64,000 nt of DNA from Candidatus Woesearchaeota archaeon (GCA_043797205.1 JAZDQB010000028.1:4144-68143); one strand, 5' to 3'. Numbered from the stretch's first letter, positions 37,526 to 48,084 are shown. Notes: generated by a model from the sequence alone, not told the origin. Numbers and translations: made by a program.

Positions 37526-38461
37526 ATGTCCACTCAAATCTTCATCAAGAAGGAAGCCCAAGGAATATACGGAAAATATCCTAATGAAAGAACCCCAGAA
37601 GAATTGATTAAATGCGGCATCGTCAATTTAGACAAGCCTAAAGGACCCACTTCTCATCAAGTTTCTGATTACGCGCAAAGGATTCTGGGAATAACTAAAG
37701 CTGGCCATTCCGGAACTTTGGATCCGCAAGTGACTGGAGTGCAGCCGATTGGATTGGGAAGAGCCACCAGAATTACGGAATTCTTGCTCACTGCGCCCAA
37801 AGAATATGTTGGGATTATGCATTTGCATAAGTTGATAGAAGAATCCTTATTGCAAGCAGGGGTAAAAAAGTTTATCGGAAAGATAAAACAACTTCCGCCC
37901 ATCAAAAGTGCGGTGAAAAGGGAAGTTAGGATTAGAGAGATTTATGAATTTGAACTTTTAGAAATAAAAGGACAGGAAGTTCTCTTCCGCGTCAAATGCC
38001 AGGCCGGAACTTACATCCGAAAGTTGTGCCATGACTTGGGTCAAGAACTAGGTATCGGAGCGCACATGGCTGAATTAAGAAGAACTCAAGCCGGCCCCTT
38101 TACCGAGAAAGATCATCTAGTTACCTTAAACGACTTGGATGATGCTTATCATTTTTATAAGGAAGAAAACAACGATAAATTCATTAAATATTGTTTGCAG
38201 CCGGCTGAATCTGCTCTAGTATATCTCCCAAAATGCTGGATATTAGACAGCGCCATTATCAGTATTACTCATGGCCGAGATTTAGCTATCCCCGGAGTCT
38301 GTAAATTAGAAAATTTCCGTAAAGAAGAAGTAGTCGCCATCCTCAGTTTGAAAGGAGAATTGGTAGCCATGGGAGAAGCCCAAATGTCGGCAGTAGAAAT
38401 TAATACCAAAGATAAGGGTATTGCTATCAAAGTGAAGAAAGTGTTTATGGAGACGGAATAA
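37526..38461 (+). CDS. cbf5: H/ACA pseudouridine synthase Cbf5/TruB
   Basis: DKPKGPTSH, GHSGTLDP and GTYIRKLC; PUA domain. Confidence 0.95.
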   Translation: MSTQIFIKKEAQGIYGKYPNERTPEELIKCGIVNLDKPKGPTSHQVSDYAQRILGITKAGHSGTLDPQVTGVQPIGLGRATRITEFLLTAPKEYVGIMHLHKLIEESLLQAGVKKFIGKIKQLPPIKSAVKREVRIREIYEFELLEIKGQEVLFRVKCQAGTYIRKLCHDLGQELGIGAHMAELRRTQAGPFTEKDHLVTLNDLDDAYHFYKEENNDKFIKYCLQPAESALVYLPKCWILDSAIISITHGRDLAIPGVCKLENFRKEEVVAILSLKGELVAMGEAQMSAVEINTKDKGIAIKVKKVFMETE

Positions 38462-38478
38462 GAGATTATAAAATATTT

Positions 38479-39075
38479 TTAATTCAGTTCAATAACCATC
38501 CCTTCCCAACCGGGATTAACCACTTTAGTTTCTCCAATCTTATCCATGGCACCGGCATTTTCATGGATATGTCCGCAAATAGCTAGTTGAGGTTTGATTC
38601 TTTCAATAAAAGCGCGAAAATCCCTATTTCCGACATGATTTCCTTCGATAAAATCAGCGGTAGTGTTGTGAGGCGGCCCATGAGTAATTAGCACTGTTTT
38701 TCTTTCTTTATGTTTACCATACCATTCTCGCGCTATTTTTCTAAATTCGGCATCTTCTCGAGCAAAGCCTCCTTCCCCATAGCCGAGAAAGATATAATTT
38801 CCAATTTCTAAATCCTTTTGGTGAAGATTCATACAGTTAGGATAATTAGGTAAAATGTTATTAAACACTTGATCGCTCTCGTGGTTTCCGGGAATTAAGT
38901 ACATCTTTTTTCCCAAGTTATCCAACTGCCTTAAGACATAACCCAAATTATGTCCGAACTGGCTTAGATCCCCGGCACAAACTAAGAAATCAATATCTTC
39001 TTGCTTAGCTCTTTCCAGTAACTTTTGTAAAACCTTTCTATCTTCATGCAAATCCACAAAAGCCAGAAATTTCAT
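38479..39075 (-). CDS. Metallophosphoesterase
   Basis: DLH, AGD, PGNHE, THGPP and GHIHE; start MKFLAF. Confidence 0.9.
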   Translation of the reverse strand: MKFLAFVDLHEDRKVLQKLLERAKQEDIDFLVCAGDLSQFGHNLGYVLRQLDNLGKKMYLIPGNHESDQVFNNILPNYPNCMNLHQKDLEIGNYIFLGYGEGGFAREDAEFRKIAREWYGKHKERKTVLITHGPPHNTTADFIEGNHVGNRDFRAFIERIKPQLAICGHIHENAGAMDKIGETKVVNPGWEGMVIELN

Positions 39076-39091
39076 AATAAAAGAATAAAAA

Positions 39092-39799
39092 TTATTCTTC
39101 CTTCTCTTCAGCAGCAGTTTCAGGAATCTCTTCTTTTTCTTCCACTTTTTCGGTATTTTCCGGAGCGGAATGGTCTTCAACTACTACTTCTTCCTGAACT
39201 AATCCTTTTTCTTCCAATTTAAGCACGCGGATGGACAAATCTCGTAAAGGATAAATTTTATTCAATCTTTTACGAGCTCCACTCTGAACTTTCTGCGTTA
39301 CTAGGTTAGAAACAAAATTATCAAAACCGGAATTGTTGATTTCTTCTTGAAGAACTTCTTTCAGCTTACTACGTAACATCGCTCCGCGAGAACGTTGAAT
39401 TTTGTTCACCGTAACCATTAAAGTCTTAACAATAACTGCTCGGCCACTTTTAGTTTTAAATTTAAAAGTATCATCTAGACGATTAGCATTTTTACGGATG
39501 GCTCTTTTCACTCCGGCAGTACTTAATTCGTATCCAATTAATACTGTGTTTAAATTACTTCCCATTGCCTTATTGATTTGTAGAACGATATAATTATTCT
39601 GGTCTTTCATATTATTGGTTAATTCTCTTAAACTAACCTTAACTGTTCTTCCAATAGCACTTTCGGGAGAACTTAAATAAGATTCTCCCACTTCCTTATT
39701 GGCAAAAATCTTAGGAGCGATAATTTTGTACCATAATTTCTTTTTAACTTTAATTTTGCTAACTTTCTTTTGTACCTTTTCTTCTTTCTTCTCAGCCAT
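39092..39799 (-). CDS. rps3ae: 30S ribosomal protein S3Ae (eS1)
   Basis: KKLWYKIIAPKIF..IGRTV and KIYPLR. Confidence 0.9.
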   Translation of the reverse strand: MAEKKEEKVQKKVSKIKVKKKLWYKIIAPKIFANKEVGESYLSSPESAIGRTVKVSLRELTNNMKDQNNYIVLQINKAMGSNLNTVLIGYELSTAGVKRAIRKNANRLDDTFKFKTKSGRAVIVKTLMVTVNKIQRSRGAMLRSKLKEVLQEEINNSGFDNFVSNLVTQKVQSGARKRLNKIYPLRDLSIRVLKLEEKGLVQEEVVVEDHSAPENTEKVEEKEEIPETAAEEKEE

Positions 39800-39940
39800 T
39801 TTTATTGAAACCTCAATGATTGTTTAATAATTATTATCTTTAGGGTTATAACTAATAGCTTAGATACCCCATTTAAGTTTAAATTAGAAAGCTATTTAAA
39901 AAGGTTGTGGGCAAAAAATATATTTACCCCCGTTCCCTTC

Positions 39941-40750
39941 TTAAGGTTGTAAGGTCAACCCTTCTGGTAGGCTTACTTCTACTGGACTAACTGCTCCCGC
40001 TCCGGCAGAAATAGAAGTAAAAGTATGCGTTTCCAAAATCACTTCTTCGTCGTTATTATTCAAGATATAAACAATCCGTTTGATGGGCAAGCCATAAAAG
40101 TTATCTACCCACAACTTTTCTAAAGTTCCGTCCGGTAGTTTAGAAACAATTAAAGTTGCTTCACGATTATCAAACAGCTCCTCGCTGCTTAAGGATTTAG
40201 CGGTTCGATCCAGCTTTTCTACCAAATCTAACGGAGTAATCTTCACCAATTCTTCAAAATAGTTGAGAATTAAATATTTCCCTTCCATTTCATCACAAGA
40301 AATACCTTTTAGAGTGCAAGTTCCATAAGCAGTATGCTTAACATTATCTAGATATACTTCATTATAAGAAAACCTTTTGTTAAGGAATTGGGTTTGAGAA
40401 TACTCTTTTTTTACCTTTGTATTGTAAACATAAACTTTATAACTGTTATCTTCAATATACAACCCGTTAGGATTACGATAATTAGAGATATAATAATAAT
40501 GATAATTTTTAATATTACTACTTTTCAACTTTAATTCTTGTACCCAGATGTTGGTAGGAAGAGACTTTTCTTCTACTTCTTCTGTTAAAACTCCTACTGC
40601 TGCTCCCGTAATTCCGCTCGGAATATCCTCTTTCGGAGAAGTATCTACAGGAGTATTAGCTGTCTGTTGATCAGAAACCGTACTGCTACAGGCCGTTATT
40701 AAACTCACCACTAGCAACAATCCTAAAACCATTAAAATATTTATTTTCAT
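39941..40750 (-). CDS. Putative lipoprotein
   Basis: Lipobox LITA-C; LWVDNFYGLP LolA-like tail. Confidence 0.65.
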   Translation of the reverse strand: MKINILMVLGLLLVVSLITACSSTVSDQQTANTPVDTSPKEDIPSGITGAAVGVLTEEVEEKSLPTNIWVQELKLKSSNIKNYHYYYISNYRNPNGLYIEDNSYKVYVYNTKVKKEYSQTQFLNKRFSYNEVYLDNVKHTAYGTCTLKGISCDEMEGKYLILNYFEELVKITPLDLVEKLDRTAKSLSSEELFDNREATLIVSKLPDGTLEKLWVDNFYGLPIKRIVYILNNNDEEVILETHTFTSISAGAGAVSPVEVSLPEGLTLQP

Positions 40751-40833
40751 CTTATCCCTCTTTAGAAAAAGAAGAACTATGCCTATTTAAACGTATCGCT
40801 AGTGAAGAAGATAATTAAAAATAATATCCCAAA

Positions 40834-41979
40834 TTAAATTACCTTAAACCCTTTCAATTCCAGAATCTTCTTTACGGAAGCATCGATCTGCTCCAAGGAA
40901 ATTTTTCCTTCTTCCACTGCTGCCCTTACCACTTGAATCATATGATAGATCTCGTTAGGATCCTCATTAAAATTAATTATTACATCATTTCCAGCCGCGA
41001 ATACCGCCAGGTACAACTCGTCTGGAGAAGAATAATAATCTTTCAATCCGAGCATGTTCACTTCATCGCTAAAGATTATTCCATAAAAACTACTTTTCAA
41101 ATCGTTTAAAGCTTCTACAGAAACTACGGCTGGTTTTCCAAAGGAGTCCACCGCCCCGCTAGAGATGATGTGGCTGACCATCATCCCTTTTAATTCTTTA
41201 TCTTGAGATAAGATAGTAAAGGGATAAACGTCATTAGCTTCTATCTCCGCCGAAACGATATATTTATGCGGATCACGCACTACTAACGTCTTTCCGGGAT
41301 AATGTTTAGCCGTAGCGATGATACTTTCGCTGTGCAAACCATTAATATAAGCTTGAGCTAGTTTGGTAACTTCTTCTTTATCTCCCGGAAAACTGCGACA
41401 GTTCCAAATTTCGTCTTTAAGATCTACCACGGGAGAAAAGTCTACTGTAAAACCAAGTTGGTGTAAAAATGCTCCTTCTTCTTTACCAGCAGCATAGGCT
41501 TCTTCTTCCGTAGAAATATCTCTTAAAGCAGTAAAATTGCGGAAATAAGAGAAAGGATTCCAACATCCTTCCAAATCGGCAGTAACTAAGAACGGAATAG
41601 TGACATTTTCTTGATATTTAGAAATCAGTTCTTGATATAGTTGTGCGTCCTTCATAGCAAATAGATGTATTCCGCCTATTTGCATCTTTTTCCAGGCTTC
41701 CAAGTTCCATTGGCCCCCATGCACAATCACCATTTGAGCAATTTTTTGGTCTAAAGTGAGTGAATCTAAAGAAATCACCTTATCTTTAATTTCGATTGGT
41801 TTCTGAGAAGGAATGAGCCAACCACTAGCTTTAGCTACGTTCAAGAAAGCCAAAGCAAGAACTACCATCAATAGTCCAAAAAATAATTTCTTATGGACGT
41901 TCCACTTTTTATCTTTAACTTTCTGGTTTTGGTTCTTTTTTTTGCTTTTGGTTTTGTTCATAAAATATTCTATCTCCAA
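40834..41979 (-). CDS. GH3 glycoside hydrolase (NagZ-like), membrane-anchored
   Basis: ADLEG, FSPVVD, RSF, KHYPG..DPH, MMVSH and IFSD. Confidence 0.85.
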   Translation of the reverse strand: MEIEYFMNKTKSKKKNQNQKVKDKKWNVHKKLFFGLLMVVLALAFLNVAKASGWLIPSQKPIEIKDKVISLDSLTLDQKIAQMVIVHGGQWNLEAWKKMQIGGIHLFAMKDAQLYQELISKYQENVTIPFLVTADLEGCWNPFSYFRNFTALRDISTEEEAYAAGKEEGAFLHQLGFTVDFSPVVDLKDEIWNCRSFPGDKEEVTKLAQAYINGLHSESIIATAKHYPGKTLVVRDPHKYIVSAEIEANDVYPFTILSQDKELKGMMVSHIISSGAVDSFGKPAVVSVEALNDLKSSFYGIIFSDEVNMLGLKDYYSSPDELYLAVFAAGNDVIINFNEDPNEIYHMIQVVRAAVEEGKISLEQIDASVKKILELKGFKVI

Positions 41980-42329
41980 TAACTCTGTTGCTGACAGTAG
42001 CGGTAAACTTTGCTGTTCAAACCATAACTTACACTGCCACTTCCGGTTTTACAGATCCAATCGATTCTTCCTAAATCCGTCTGCTGTTGGTAAAAGAAAC
42101 ATTCTAACTGTTTTCTTGCTTCTAAGCAGCAAGAATCTATTTCCGGCCAGGAATTAAGTTGTCCTTGCCAATTAACTACGCACAAAGGTTCTTCTCGATC
42201 TAACACATATTGCACTTGACCTAAGGAAGGAAGAGTGATTCCAAAGAAACTTAGAAGCAGAAGCAGAGCTATTACACCTAAAGAGACATTAACCACTATC
42301 CACACTTTAGAAGGAACCTCTTTTAACAT
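41970..42329 (-). CDS. Hypothetical membrane-anchored Cys-rich protein
   Basis: N-terminal TM and five Cys. Confidence 0.6.
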   Translation of the reverse strand: MLKEVPSKVWIVVNVSLGVIALLLLLSFFGITLPSLGQVQYVLDREEPLCVVNWQGQLNSWPEIDSCCLEARKQLECFFYQQQTDLGRIDWICKTGSGSVSYGLNSKVYRYCQQQSYWR

Positions 42330-42444
42330 ATCTTAAATAAAAAGAAAAATTATATATAAAACTATCCCCTTTCTAGCTAAAGTATCTTAAATTGAACAAT
42401 TTAAGTTTAAAATCAACAAAATCAATATCTTGAGGTAAAAATCC

Positions 42445-42699
42445 ATGGAAGTCAAAATTTACAGCACCCCTACCTGCACTTGGTGCCAGAAGGCTAAAGA
42501 GTGGTTCAAAAAGAATAAAGTTTCTTTTCAGGATATGGATATTACTGAAAGCGACACTTATCGTGATGAACTGATTGAGAAATCACACCAAATGGCCGTT
42601 CCCGTAATTGATATTGATGGTAAGATATTTGTAGGATTCCAAGAAAAAGTGATGGAAGGAATCTTTCCCAAGGAAGAGAAGAAAGGAAAGAAGAAGTAA
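42445..42699 (+). CDS. Glutaredoxin/NrdH-like protein
   Basis: YSTPTCTWC, VPVI and VGF. Confidence 0.9.
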   Translation: MEVKIYSTPTCTWCQKAKEWFKKNKVSFQDMDITESDTYRDELIEKSHQMAVPVIDIDGKIFVGFQEKVMEGIFPKEEKKGKKK

Positions 42700-42717
42700 A
42701 ATAATTATTTTAAAGTC

Positions 42718-43674
42718 TTAAATATTTTTTAATATTTCCTTAACATCCTTATTCTCATACAAGATTTGTTGTACTCCTTGAATAATGGGCAGTTTAAGAT
42801 GAAACTGTTCTGCCAGAATTAAAGCAGATTTTAAGGATGTAACTCCTTCCGCCACCATTTTCATTTCTGCTAGAACCTCATCCAATTTTCTGCCTTTGCC
42901 TACCTGCTCTCCCACATAAAAGTTACGGGAATGCACACTGGTACAGGTTACAATCATGTCGCCTAATCCGGCTAATCCATAAAAAGTTTCTTTCTTCGCT
43001 CCCAATTTCAATCCTAAGGTCTTTATTTCTTCTAAACCTTTAGTCAATACATAAGCTCGAGCATTGTCCCCTTCTCCCTTTCCAGCTAAGATCCCTAGCA
43101 TAATGGCTAAGATGTTCTTTAAGGAAGCGGCTATTTGCACCCCAATTATATCATTACTTAATTCAACTCGCAGAGAATCGTCTTCTAGCATTTTTTTGAG
43201 TTTTTGCTTTCCTTTACCTCCCGCCAACACTATTCCAGAAAATTTGCCATGGCACACTTCTTCCGCATGCGTCGGACCATATAAGCAATAAACGTTTCCG
43301 GAATATTTTTCTTGCACTGCTTCACTTAAGAGCTTATTTCTGGAAGCGAATCCTTTCGAACAAATGAGCAATGGAACTGCTGATTGCTGCTGTAAGTGCG
43401 GTAAAGCGTTCTCTAATGTTGCTTCCACCTTATCCGAAGGAACCACCATTAACACTAAACTACATCCAGGAAGAACTTCTTCCATCTTCGAAGAAATAAA
43501 AACGTTTTCGGGAATGTGCGCTTGATGCAGTAACGGACACACTCTCTTTTCCTGCATCTCTTGTGCTTGTTCTACTACGAATTCCCACACTTTAACTGGA
43601 TGTTTTTTAGCGAGATGAATAGCTAGAGCGGTACCCCAGCTTCCTCCACCCAGAATAGCGATGTATTTTTTCAT
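42718..43674 (-). CDS. gpsA: NAD(P)H-dependent glycerol-3-phosphate dehydrogenase
   Basis: GGGSWGTALA, SKG, GPTHAEE, LKN, GLGDMIVTC and SRN. Confidence 0.92.
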   Translation of the reverse strand: MKKYIAILGGGSWGTALAIHLAKKHPVKVWEFVVEQAQEMQEKRVCPLLHQAHIPENVFISSKMEEVLPGCSLVLMVVPSDKVEATLENALPHLQQQSAVPLLICSKGFASRNKLLSEAVQEKYSGNVYCLYGPTHAEEVCHGKFSGIVLAGGKGKQKLKKMLEDDSLRVELSNDIIGVQIAASLKNILAIMLGILAGKGEGDNARAYVLTKGLEEIKTLGLKLGAKKETFYGLAGLGDMIVTCTSVHSRNFYVGEQVGKGRKLDEVLAEMKMVAEGVTSLKSALILAEQFHLKLPIIQGVQQILYENKDVKEILKNI

Positions 43675-43726
43675 TAGAGCTAAATAAATCAAATTTGTTT
43701 AAAAGGATTGTGGAAGAATAGGAAAT

Positions 43727-44596
43727 TCACTTCACCAACGTCAATTTCAGTCTCTGCTCCCAACGATATTGATAAGTAAAACCCACATAAAAGGTAGTAG
43801 AATAAGAAGTACCTTCTTTTATCGTTCCTTTACAGATCAATATTCCTTCCTGCTGTTTATCGGAGAAAGATAAACTTTTTTCCTCGTTCTTTCCGGAAAA
43901 ACTGCACACCAACTTTTCTCCCCCTAATTGAGAATTGATTAAAGTAACATTCTGTACTTTTCCTTGACCCTTATTCTTTATCTGCAAACGGAACTCTACT
44001 TCTCCCCCATTACCGGTGTCGGGATAAATAATTTCTTCCATACTAGCCACCGCTCAAGGAGCTCCCTGCCCAGCATAACTATTTTTGTTCTTAATCTTAC
44101 AGCCGGCATCAAAAACATCATAAGAATTGGGATTTAAGCACACCGTATCCACAAAATCAAACTTGGAATCGTAGCTTATCTCTAGAAAATAATTTCCCAT
44201 ATATTGTTCAGAGTTAGAGAATAACTGTCCGGCTGCGCCGATAAACTCGATTCGTTCCTGTCCTCCCAAAGGAGTTAAAGCGGTTCTTCCTTCCAAAGAA
44301 GAAAAAGTTTCGCTATTATGATCTAATCGAAAATACTTTTCATCCAATCCTATTATTTCTACCTTCCCATTAGTTACCGGATAAGCCGCTTCATTAGATA
44401 GGTCCATAATCATCCGAAAAGAGGAATAGGGATAAATTTTTTCAGGAGGAGCATTGGGCAGGAAAGTTACTTTCAGTTCGCTTACTCCGGTCTGAAAATT
44501 ATAACTAGTTTTCTTCATCGGAACAGAAGAACCACATCCGAGCAGAAGTAAAGCTACGACCAAAAGTACCATGAAATGTAGATTATTTTGCCTCAT
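43727..44596 (-). pseudogene. Lipoprotein-like gene interrupted by in-frame TGA at 44054-44056
   Basis: The two ORF-track pieces are in the same frame: GQGAP-TGA-AVASMEEII. Confidence 0.65.
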
Positions 44597-46542
44597 GAAA
44601 CCAAAGTCACCCGGATGGATTCTTCTTTCTTAATTTTATAATCGTATTTTAATTCCGCTTCAAACTCTCGATAAATATACATTTCGGGGTTAGTAAATTC
44701 CAAAGGTAAACTTTGGATGATACATCCTGGAAGGTAAATATCTTTTTTTAGTTTCTTAGACGAAGGAGCAACATCGCCATTTAAACATTTACTATCAGCA
44801 GGATCGGGTAAAAATCCGTCCAAATTTATTTTATACTGCCAAACTTTAGTAATCTCTCCCGGACCGACATTCTCGATCATTGATTGCAATAAAATAGTCT
44901 TTCCGCTTTCAATAATCGGATAACTTCCTGAATGACCAAAAGCAAAGTTCAAACGAGCAAAATCTTCCGGACCTACCGAAGTATAAACCTTATTGGGAAA
45001 ATGAGCGTCAAATATTTTATTGCTACTAATCCAATCTTTTTTCCACTGTTCGCTTTTAGTTCCGATAAATACTCGTGCCAGACGCGAAGTAGTATTTAAT
45101 CCAGTTAATTCTGCCGTAAAGGTTAGCTTATACGAACCATTCAATTTGGGTTCACCAGGATAAGTGCAATAGATCAATTTACTTTGCGTCGCTTGATCCA
45201 CGTAAAACTTGTTATCTCCGGCAGTTCCGGCTTCGAGATAATTGATTCTGTCTCCCCCGCTAATTTTTCCCAAGAAAGATTTAGGATTGGATTTAGTTTC
45301 AGTAAAATTACAGTTAACTTCCACCATAAACTGCTGCTCGCGGGGATTAGTAATCTTCACTTCTACCGGATATTGAATTTGATAATTGTCTGTAGAATAA
45401 ATAGTTGATTCTCGCGGGAAGAATTTATCCGTAACTAATTCTGCTCGCGTCGGCATCTTGATGGTGGGATCATTTACTCCTGTAACTTGAATTAAATCTT
45501 TCTCTCGTTTATCTTTTCGATCTTTCAGACATTGGTCAAACTGAGGAGTTCCTTTATCAATTTCTTCCACGTTCTTACAGTAGAATTCGTCTTCAGCTAA
45601 ATCTTGTCTTTCCTTCACGCATTGAGCCACATCCGATCTCCCATCAAAGATACAAATCATATTAGAAACAAACGGATTTTCTCCGCTAAATTTTTCGGTG
45701 GCTTGTTTCTGAGCATTAGCCAGAGTTTCTGGAGTAGGCAGAATAGATTCGTTACCAAAAGCAGGAACAGCAGAACCCACGCAGACAATAACAATGTACA
45801 TTATACCCACCACTCGCACCACTTCCATAAAAGTGCTAAGCTTGCTTTTCTCTTCCGTAGGAAAACAGAACAGTCCTAACAGGGACCACCAGGGCATGTA
45901 TTGAATTAAATTATTAATAATGGTCGTCAACCTTAACTCTATCCCTCCGAAAAGCAGCGCCAGCAAGCCCATGTCCAAAAACAAAAAAATAATTGGAACG
46001 AAAGCCCAAGCTGCCGCCTTAAATCCTTCTCCTTTAGTAGCGATACCTAAAATAAGAATTATCGCCCCGGTGATTATCCCAAAATACGTTAAATTAGAAA
46101 GAGTAGAACCGTAAATAAAGTACCACACCATAAAAGCAAAAATAACTATCCAGCCACCGATTTTCTTTTCTATCATTTTCTTTTCTTCTAAGAAAGTAAA
46201 AAATACGTACGCTCCAAATAAAAACATTAACAAGGTGAAATAATTAATTGCTCCGGTATTCGTTCTCAAGAAGAAAAAATGTACTAATCCCACTAAAAAG
46301 AGCAAAAAACTTTGCTGTTTGAGCAAGTTCATTACTCCTTCGCCCACTGTAGCCCCCGCACCCCACAGCGCTCCTTGCGCGGCACTCCCTCCCGCACTTA
46401 CTGCTCCACCCACCTTACTAGCAGCTTTTCCTAAAGCCGGAGCTAGAGCTTTTCCAATTCCAGTAGCAGCAGCCTTTTCCGCCACCTTTCCTCCTGCTCC
46501 GGATGCTGCTGCACCCTTACCAAACCAACTACTTATACCCAT
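44593..46542 (-). CDS. Multi-pass membrane protein with large extracellular domain
   Basis: Gly/Ala-rich N-terminus, about 7 TMs, beta-rich C-terminus. Confidence 0.7.
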   Translation of the reverse strand: MGISSWFGKGAAASGAGGKVAEKAAATGIGKALAPALGKAASKVGGAVSAGGSAAQGALWGAGATVGEGVMNLLKQQSFLLFLVGLVHFFFLRTNTGAINYFTLLMFLFGAYVFFTFLEEKKMIEKKIGGWIVIFAFMVWYFIYGSTLSNLTYFGIITGAIILILGIATKGEGFKAAAWAFVPIIFLFLDMGLLALLFGGIELRLTTIINNLIQYMPWWSLLGLFCFPTEEKSKLSTFMEVVRVVGIMYIVIVCVGSAVPAFGNESILPTPETLANAQKQATEKFSGENPFVSNMICIFDGRSDVAQCVKERQDLAEDEFYCKNVEEIDKGTPQFDQCLKDRKDKREKDLIQVTGVNDPTIKMPTRAELVTDKFFPRESTIYSTDNYQIQYPVEVKITNPREQQFMVEVNCNFTETKSNPKSFLGKISGGDRINYLEAGTAGDNKFYVDQATQSKLIYCTYPGEPKLNGSYKLTFTAELTGLNTTSRLARVFIGTKSEQWKKDWISSNKIFDAHFPNKVYTSVGPEDFARLNFAFGHSGSYPIIESGKTILLQSMIENVGPGEITKVWQYKINLDGFLPDPADSKCLNGDVAPSSKKLKKDIYLPGCIIQSLPLEFTNPEMYIYREFEAELKYDYKIKKEESIRVTLVS

Positions 46543-46600
46543 CCTTACCTCTTTTTTAATGTTATTAAACTAATGATTAAATGAAGATTAAAAATAAAAT

Positions 46601-47791
46601 TTAGGAAATCAAATCCGCTCTTAACTCTCGTACTTCTACCGTCTTGCGCGGCTTGATTTTAATGGCATTATTCCCCTGCACTACATCCGAACTAATATTC
46701 ATTTTCATAGAGAGTGCTTTAGTATCAAAGCCGTAATAATGACCATTAACCAAGATATCTCCATACTTGCTTTCTCCATCATCCACAAAGTAAACTTTCA
46801 ATTCTACCGACTTGCTTCCGTTAACGATATCACTATAAGTCTCGTGAGATAGTCCGAAGTAATAAGTAGGAAAATCCAACTCTTTAAGTTTTGAAGTTAT
46901 AGAAACATGTGATAAGACATAACTGCCTCTTTCCGTCTGGAAGACTAAACTGTTTTCATTCTCTTGAATTAAATTTGGAGCAATCTCTATTGGTACTAAA
47001 GCCAATTCGCAGTCGGGAATACTGTTATAAATCTCATTATTGTTGAGAGCGACTCTTAATTTTCCCACCTTTCCATTTTTGCATTCCGGTTGGAAACGCA
47101 AAACTACTTTTTCCAGGTTACGCTTTTCCGTCTCCGAAACTAAGAACACTTGTTTAGAATATTGCCCTTCTAAGTTAGTAATTTGTCCCACCACTTTCGC
47201 TTCTTCAATGGAAACTTCGTTAGTAGCCCAGAAGGCCATTCCGGGAGAAGAAACTCCAAAAATCAATTCGTTACTCTCCTTCAAGCTGTTCTGGGGAAGA
47301 TTTAAGGTAAGAGAATTATCTGCTTCCACTGGAGCATTAAAAACGGTTTCTCCGTTAAGAAGAATATTCAAGCGACCACTAACTTCTTTAACTTTAAAGT
47401 TAAGCATCACTTCTTTAGTATTAACTAAATCGTTAACTTCAAATTTAAATATACTTTCTTCATGGCCGAAAAGATTTTTGCGAGCGTAAATCAAACTTTT
47501 TTCCGCTAGAATTTCACTTTGTGCTTGAGTAAACACTTGCACTACCGGCAAAGGATGCTCCATATCCCGGCGAGCTAAATAATCTATTTTTCCGGGAGAA
47601 GTTAACAACAAATTGGACGCTCCACTTCCACTAGAAGAGCTGATAGAACTGCTAGAAGATTTATCTCCCAACAATTCCGCCCGCTCTTGGGGCGGCATTA
47701 ATACAATAAACATAATTAATAATCCAGCCACGATAGCTAGAAAAAGGGCTGCTCCAGCCGCAGATTGTCCTCTTTTTGTGTACGATACCAT
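46601..47791 (-). CDS. Surface protein with class III (pilin-like) signal peptide
   Basis: KRG/QS followed by a hydrophobic helix. Confidence 0.65.
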   Translation of the reverse strand: MVSYTKRGQSAAGAALFLAIVAGLLIMFIVLMPPQERAELLGDKSSSSSISSSSGSGASNLLLTSPGKIDYLARRDMEHPLPVVQVFTQAQSEILAEKSLIYARKNLFGHEESIFKFEVNDLVNTKEVMLNFKVKEVSGRLNILLNGETVFNAPVEADNSLTLNLPQNSLKESNELIFGVSSPGMAFWATNEVSIEEAKVVGQITNLEGQYSKQVFLVSETEKRNLEKVVLRFQPECKNGKVGKLRVALNNNEIYNSIPDCELALVPIEIAPNLIQENENSLVFQTERGSYVLSHVSITSKLKELDFPTYYFGLSHETYSDIVNGSKSVELKVYFVDDGESKYGDILVNGHYYGFDTKALSMKMNISSDVVQGNNAIKIKPRKTVEVRELRADLIS

Positions 47792-47842
47792 AATACCCTA
47801 ATAAAATCAAGGGATATATAAATTTAATCTGTTTTCAAGCTA

Positions 47843-48025
47843 ATATGAACCCCTCGCCAAGGGGCCAGCGCCGAGCGGAAGCTTCAAGTCACTCCGCTAA
47901 AGCTTCGTTCGTGACTTTGCTGCGCAAAGCTTCGTAAGAGGACTAGCTTCCCGTTCACCTTAGTACTTTAGTAAATGTTGGAACGGGTCGGCGCGAGAGG
48001 GTTTCATATCCCTGCCCTGTTTTTT
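47843..48025. ncRNA. Unassigned GC-rich multi-stem element
   Basis: Nested stems ATATGAACCCCTC/GAGGGTTTCATAT, GCGCCGA/TCGGCGC, GGAAGCT/AGCTTCC, AAGTCAC/GTGACTT and CCGTTC/GAACGG. Confidence 0.5.
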
Positions 48026-48084
48026 GGAATAAAAACGAGAATGGATAGAAACAAATATATACCTTAGAATACAAATTAAAACCA

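Noticed and set aside
44054..44056. Selenocysteine or genetic-code reassignment of TGA
   Set aside because: The context is not redox-like, no SECIS-like element was recognised, and infB and other genes end in TGA normally.
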